Below are positions 58,219 to 64,000 of a stretch of 64,000 nt of DNA, piece after piece (the stretch's first letter is position 1; each line of letters starts with the position of its first letter). The translations under genes and the position numbers were made by a program. The notes below the pieces were generated by a model. The model saw only the letters and a list, made by a program, of their open reading frames with translations. It was not told where the DNA came from and did no database searches. Source of the DNA: Craspedostauros australis (taxonomy: Eukaryota); assembly GCA_030167865.1 (NCBI GenBank), contig JALAGF010003801.1, forward strand, positions 1 to 64,000, in the 5' to 3' direction.

Positions 58219-60780
58219 ATGGATGGCGGAATGAGCATCAAGGACCGCCTGGCGGCATGGGGCAAGGCGACCGAACCTCAGAGCTGCCAATCTTCGATGC
58301 CGTCTCTCCTGGGCATCACGTCCCATGATAGCAGCGACTGCCGCGAAGACATGAAGTCCATATCCACGAGCAAAGGAGACTACAGCACGGACGATGCCTC
58401 CCTCGCGACGGCTGAAGTGCGCGAGGAACCACAGGAAACCGTCGAACGAACCTACGCAGGCAGTACGAGAGTGAAGCTGAAGAAAGTCGACATCGTGTCG
58501 GTGGAGCGACGATCCTACTGCCCTCCCCCAGAAGAGGAGCCGACATACTCGAGGGAGGCGAAGCTGTTGCGACCTGTGGACATCGATCAGGTTGAGCGCA
58601 CCAAGACGATCGTGCCCATGGCAGAGCCAGCGTACCGTCAGATCAGTCTGAGGAAGGCGGGGTCACGCAGCTTGGGCAACGCGATCACCACCGCGTCGAA
58701 GAGCTTCGATGACAGGTCTGCAAAAGATATGCGAGATGATGCCATCGTCTCGCCACCCGACGCTCGCAACCACAGGCGGAGCTTTGGCCACAGGAATCAT
58801 CGAAGGAGCCGCAGCAGCGTGGATTCATACGTATCCAATCTCAATATCCCGATCATGAACATGAATATGAACATGAGTATCAGTACGAGTAGATCGGCTG
58901 AGGGCGAAAGGACGCCCATAAAAGCGCAAGTCAAGGATCGCGAAGGTGCAAGGGATCCCCAAGATGCCGAAAGTCATGCGAAAGCTGACGGTCTCCCCAG
59001 CAACACAAGCAGTCGCCTTCCAGTCAAACTCAACAAGGTTGACATTGCCGCAGTCGAACAACAGCAGAATATCCCGCAGCCCAAGGCTCCACTTTACAAG
59101 AATATAAACCTTCGCAAGGTACACCGTCCTGATCGATGTGCCGAGAGCGCCTCGATGACACCAACGGACGCCAGCTTCACCAGCTGCGAAGCCACGAGCG
59201 AACGGAGCAGACCGGTGATCCGTACACCATGCAAGTCATCCAGGACTTCGAAGCCCTCGTCCATCCAATCTTCATCACTTCCACCACCATCACTGTCGAC
59301 GGCATTGCCAAATGCTTCTTCTCCCGCAATCACCAGAACACAGACTCCAGGAACCTCCTCGGGGTCAGCTGGGCAGCGGGATGGTCGACAGCCCCGTGTT
59401 GTGCGACGAGTCCAAAGTCCTCCCGTCCATCCACGAGATCCGGTGAAGAGCAAGGTCGTCATCACGCCAATCCATTCCTCAAGGATGGCAAGACAAGGTA
59501 ATACGGGCACGGGTGTGAAGCCCGATACCGCGGACATCCCATCGGTCGTCGAGGTATCCGAACCGGGAAGGCGATCCCCGTACCAGGTTGTCAGCACAAG
59601 CACCAGGCCTGCATCGCAGCGATCCGCTTCCCCTGTTGCGTATGAAGGTGCAACAGCAACAGCAACAGCAGTCCCTCGCACCCCACCGGTCACATGGCGG
59701 CCCAAGTTCAAGCACAACAGGTCCAAATCATTGTCGATGCCGCCCAAAGTACTCGATACTGCCGCTGGTGACGACCAATCGGCCAAACAGGCTGCCGCCG
59801 ATGGCCATGGTGCTGGTAGTCCAGCGCCATTGAATGCCCGAAAAGCTCAGGGCAGCTCTGCATCACTCACGCCGGTGCGAATGCATGCACTTGGGTATTC
59901 CCGATCTCGCCTGCGCAGGACGGACAGGACCCCAACGAAGATCCTGGAGAGCACGACTTCAGAGGGGGCACAGAGCATGGCCACGTCGACAGTGCCATCC
60001 TCTTCCTCCTTCTGTTCTTCGTCGTCGTCATCATCGTCATATGTTGCCGACTCATCCTCCTCCGTCGTTTCATCATCCACCGAAGCCCCGCCCGCATCAA
60101 CCGCAGCCACGGCCACTGCCACATCCATTGCCAAATGCATGGTCACTCCAACCAAGAAAACGGGCGTTCCTACTTATGCGAAAGTCCACTTGCGACGTAC
60201 CGACGTCCCGATGACACCACCCCTCGCCAAGCCCCCATTCAAGCAACGACCGCACACCGCTAGGACAGATATGCAACCGCCGCATTCGAGGTTCGGAGAG
60301 GCTTCGGTGATCGAGTTATCGTCTGAAGACAAGCAGATGAGCGCACATGCCGACGATGGTCCCAAGAAGGTCAAGTGCAGCGCCGCGCCTGCGATCGAGT
60401 CACCGGTCCCATCATACGCGAAGGTCAGCCTTCGTCGTGTCGATATGTTACAAGAAGAGGGAGAACAACACCCAGCCCAAGTTGAAACGGTCGCATCGCC
60501 TCAGTGCACGCCAATCAAGGAGATGGTCCGTCTCAAGAAGGTCGACATTGAGGAGGTCGAAGCCAAACTGAGGACAGCGCATCTTCAGAATGTGCCACCA
60601 GAGCCTGACACATTCCTGCCGCTGGCTGCGGTGAAACTGAAGAGCACCGAGGAGCGAGAGGCGGAGGCACGGCAGGCAGAAGAAGAGGCGCAGCACAAGC
60701 AGGCGGATGCAAGCAGACTTGCTTCCGAGGCGCCGCTGTACAGCCGCAACAGCTTACGCAAGGTCGCCGATCGGGAATGA
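58219..60780 (+). CDS. Disordered Ser/Pro/Thr-rich protein, 853 aa, with about 11 L[KR][KR]V-type motifs (putative actin-binding)
   Basis: Long intronless ORF; motifs VKLKKVD, LLRPVD, ISLRKA, VKLNKVD, INLRKVH, RLRRTD, VHLRRTD, VSLRRVD, VRLKKVD, VKLKST, SLRKVA. Confidence 0.8.
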   Translation: MDGGMSIKDRLAAWGKATEPQSCQSSMPSLLGITSHDSSDCREDMKSISTSKGDYSTDDASLATAEVREEPQETVERTYAGSTRVKLKKVDIVSVERRSYCPPPEEEPTYSREAKLLRPVDIDQVERTKTIVPMAEPAYRQISLRKAGSRSLGNAITTASKSFDDRSAKDMRDDAIVSPPDARNHRRSFGHRNHRRSRSSVDSYVSNLNIPIMNMNMNMSISTSRSAEGERTPIKAQVKDREGARDPQDAESHAKADGLPSNTSSRLPVKLNKVDIAAVEQQQNIPQPKAPLYKNINLRKVHRPDRCAESASMTPTDASFTSCEATSERSRPVIRTPCKSSRTSKPSSIQSSSLPPPSLSTALPNASSPAITRTQTPGTSSGSAGQRDGRQPRVVRRVQSPPVHPRDPVKSKVVITPIHSSRMARQGNTGTGVKPDTADIPSVVEVSEPGRRSPYQVVSTSTRPASQRSASPVAYEGATATATAVPRTPPVTWRPKFKHNRSKSLSMPPKVLDTAAGDDQSAKQAAADGHGAGSPAPLNARKAQGSSASLTPVRMHALGYSRSRLRRTDRTPTKILESTTSEGAQSMATSTVPSSSSFCSSSSSSSSYVADSSSSVVSSSTEAPPASTAATATATSIAKCMVTPTKKTGVPTYAKVHLRRTDVPMTPPLAKPPFKQRPHTARTDMQPPHSRFGEASVIELSSEDKQMSAHADDGPKKVKCSAAPAIESPVPSYAKVSLRRVDMLQEEGEQHPAQVETVASPQCTPIKEMVRLKKVDIEEVEAKLRTAHLQNVPPEPDTFLPLAAVKLKSTEEREAEARQAEEEAQHKQADASRLASEAPLYSRNSLRKVADRE

Positions 60781-61381
60781 AGTGAAGTCAAGCGGACGCC
60801 AACTCTGACGATGGCGATTGCGATAGATGAGCTTTAGATATATGTTCCAACAACAATGATTGCAACGTAACCTTGGATGTGGCTCCGTATGGGCGATTGT
60901 TCCATGCGGGCTCATGACAGCACGCAGTGCGCGGCAACAACAAAAAACAAACAACATTGGTGATGGCAAGAAGTGATACAAGGACATATGTGGATGGTGC
61001 GGTGGAAATTCCAAGGGTGGGAGTCAGAAAGCAAGTGAAATGCTGCTGCACTGAAGCGCCTGGTGGAGATAGAGACAACGGATCAACAATCAAAGTAAAA
61101 GTAAGTTAAGTATGCGAAGTTCTGACGAGTGTGATGTTCCATGCAACTGTTCACTTTGGTTTTTATGTGGAATATGTTTGGATGTTGAGACATCATGTTG
61201 TTGGATCGAACTGGGATGGCGGTGCGTTGCCTTGCCTTGCCATGGTTCTTGGTTGTGGAAGACGTTGCTTCCGCCGCAACGCGTTCCGTTGTTCTGCTCC
61301 TGAAGCACATGGCAACCAAGATGGTATTGCACGAGCGACGGGCGAGACACCACCAAGTTCCGGACGGCGTGCGTCCATACT

Positions 61382-63199
61382 CTACACCTGGCCGATCTCC
61401 TTGACCATCTTCTGGAACCACTCCTGTTCCACGTTGAACGCCTTTCCGCCCTTGATGCGTTCGAACTCGATGGGGCGGATGGGGTTTCCTTCCTTCTCCT
61501 CGTCCTCTCCCATGCATCCGGACACGCCGCGAATGGCAGACCTGACAGCCTCGTCGGCGCAGTTTCCGATCAGCTCTCGGTCGAACTCGTTGGCTGCGGC
61601 AGAACGCGCGAAGTATCCAGACTTCTGGACAATGGTCTTCTCCGCACCGACGACCTCCGCCAGACGCTTCGAGAAGTAGCTGCCTGGGTTGACCTTGTCG
61701 AGCTTCACGTGTCCGAAGGCATCACGTGGCACCTCTTCGCCCTTGGACTCCATGTCGCGGACGATCTCCTCGACGCCTGTACCTTCTCCGAAGAACACAT
61801 TGACGCAGCCGTAGGTATCCATGAGCTTCTTGAGGCGTGCGCCTTCGGCCATGAGGTCCAGCTTGACTTCTGGGATCCAAATCGCGTGGACATCACGAGA
61901 TTGACGGTGGGATGGGAAGAGCGGGCTAGCGAACTCCTTCTTCTGCAGCGATTCGCGGTAGTAGTATGCCGTGCGGGCTGTGAGGAAGCCGGAGTCACGT
62001 CCCATGCACTCGTGCAGGATCAGCATGCGCGGGTTGGCGGATGATTCGCTGACGATGTTGGAGAAGAAGAGGGCTCCTTGGCGCGCGGCCGTGTCGGCGC
62101 CGAAGGTCTGCTTGATGGGGATGACATCGTTGTCGATGGTCTTTGGCATTCCGACGACAGTGACCTTGCCGTTGTGCTCGTCCAGAAGGTACTTCGAAAG
62201 CACAGCCGCCTGGGTGTTGGTATCGTCACCTCCGATGGTGTGAAGGACGCTGACCTTGTCGGTCAGAAGAGTCTGGGATGCAACCTCCAGTGGCGTGCTG
62301 CCCTCCTTGACGTATCCTCGCTCGATGCAGTTCTTGACGTTGGTGAGCTGAAATGGAAAAAAGTCAGAATATCACGAAGAAAATTCGACGCAGTTTGACG
62401 AATGATGGTATACCAGAATCGTATTATCGTTTGTTTGTTTGTTTGTTTGTTTGTTTGTGTGGAATGTGGTTCATGCGAGGTGGACAACGAGTATGGTAGT
62501 TCAAGGGATCCATGGATGCACGGATCGTGATGGGCAATGTTTGATGAAATGAAACAGTGCAGCCAACGAATGGATGTGAGATGAGGTGGGGGCGGGAAAA
62601 CAAGAGCAAAGTGGAAGGGAACGGAAGGGACAAAGTCGGCAGTTTCGCCAGTGATTGTTGTTGCGTGCGCAATCCTGATTGCAGCCGCACCCAGTCCTTG
62701 ATCTGGTGCTTTGTGTCGATGCTATTCGAATGGCGATCAAGTTGTTACGATGTCTCGCATCATGGTATTATGGCATCATGGCATCGAAATTCACACCCAT
62801 ATCCAAGAGCAGCAACAGCAGCAGCAACAGCAGCATATCCAAAAACCGGTGGGACAAGTCAACCACACGCCCAATGAGCCGAACCGAAACGAAGACGCTT
62901 TGACTTACCTTGACACGGGAGTTTCCGATTGGGGAGCCACCAATCAAGTCCAAGGCGTCCATGGTCGGCCATTCCGCCTCCGGGACGACGAAGGAGTCGC
63001 CGATCAACAGGCCACGGTACCCGTCCTTGTAGAAGCGGATGGTCAGCCCCGAAATCTCGCCGGCGCGGTAGGACTTGATCCAGTGCTTGGCGAGGTGGCA
63101 GATGCTGGAGCTGAGGCATGGTGCGAGGCCGCCGGCCGTGAGCATCGCCACGTTGACGTGCTTGCCCTTGAGTTCGAAGTCTGCTGCGTTGGATGCCAT
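61382..63199 (-). CDS. pfp: Pyrophosphate-dependent phosphofructokinase (bacterial/protist type); 2 exons, ~418 aa
   Basis: Exon1 63199-62909 (VAMLTAGGLAPCLSS, GYRGLL, GGSPIGNSRVK), intron 62908-62348 (GTAAGT...CAG), exon2 62347-61382 (HTIGGDDT, PKTIDND, HECMGR, FGHVKLD, QKSGYFARS). GGDD plus PKTIDND indicate PPi use. Confidence 0.95.
62430..62457. repeat. (TTTG)n microsatellite in pfp intron
   Basis: Direct tetranucleotide run. Confidence 0.85.
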
Positions 63200-64000
63200 G
63201 GTTGCTGTGCGTTCTTGTTCGGTTTGTGTTTGTGCTGGTGGTGGTGCCTGTGTTGTCTTTTGCTTTTTATGCGCACTTTCGGCGCCGTGCTTGCCTTCGT
63301 TTGACTGGGTGGGGTCCTGCATGGTGGTACGAGTAGTTGTAGGCGTGTTCGTGTTCGTATTCGTGTTCTTTTCCATCAAAAGAGGGCAAGGCATCAACGA
63401 TGTGAAAATGTGGTCACAACAAGAAAGATCTCCAAACAGCTGCACATTTGGTGGTGTGGGGTTTTCTTCCATGTCTGTCGTGTGGACGACTTCGGTTCAG
63501 TTGTGCAACTCGAAACCTTATTGCATCCACACCAGAATTTTGGTGCAATTCTGGGAGAAGATTCCATCGGAATTGATGGATGCTACTGGATGTACACGAG
63601 GGAATGGAATCTTGATTGAGGGTTCGCATTTTTCGATGCCTTCCACATGGAGAGAAGAATACGTTCTTCGGACGCACATTGCGTCATTGGCCAGCTGCTG
63701 GGCGCATAATTTCCGGTGTCTTGGTGGACAGGCGGTGATGGGAGGTTGTTTGGATTTCGGCTGGTTGTGTGCACCTGGTTGGAACAGGATTGTTCTCTCT
63801 TGGATTTGTTCCACTCTGCGACAGGATCCTCTTCCGACAAACGCACTTGTCGGTTGTACGAGTAGGACTACCTGATGCAAGCAGGCACGTCCTTGTGCCG
63901 TTCGCGCAGATGCAAGTGCAAGTGCCCATCACATCACGCCCGTCCGAGAAAGATCTTCGAGGAGCTTCGCAAGAGATCTTTTGCCGTTGCCGGAGGCGAA

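Overview
Eukaryotic nuclear DNA, almost certainly from a diatom and probably a pennate one. The evidence is GT-AG introns, signal peptide + Phe (ASAF-type) plastid presequences, a diatom-type cyclin, an M11 protease, and CA-rich UTRs with microsatellites. About 21 protein-coding genes are supported, several multi-exon and reconstructed here by hand. In order: mitochondrion-targeted bacterial-type HU, sulfotransferase-like protein, cyclin, lipoyl-less plastid PDH E2-like protein, importin-4, a small D-box/CDK-site protein, histidine phosphatase, two hypothetical membrane proteins, M11 metalloprotease, GT47 exostosin, PAS-like protein, class-3 lipase, ABCG transporter, divergent P450, CoA-transferase-GNAT fusion, secreted alpha/beta hydrolase, low-complexity protein, acylated ankyrin-like protein, LKKV-repeat protein and PPi-dependent PFK. 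No rRNA, tRNA, CRISPR array or clear transposon was recognised. The most striking signals are: (1) a dense MYB/MSA + CCAAT + CHR G2/M-type promoter upstream of an unannotated two-exon disordered protein with a D-box; (2) a bacterial-type CoA-transferase domain with altered catalytic motifs fused to a Pat-type lysine acetyltransferase; (3) a PDH E2 homolog whose lipoyl domains are replaced by a long Q-rich/coiled-coil arm; (4) a mitochondrial HU; (5) a run of five lipid/acyl-related genes. All family calls come from motif recognition by eye, not database searches.
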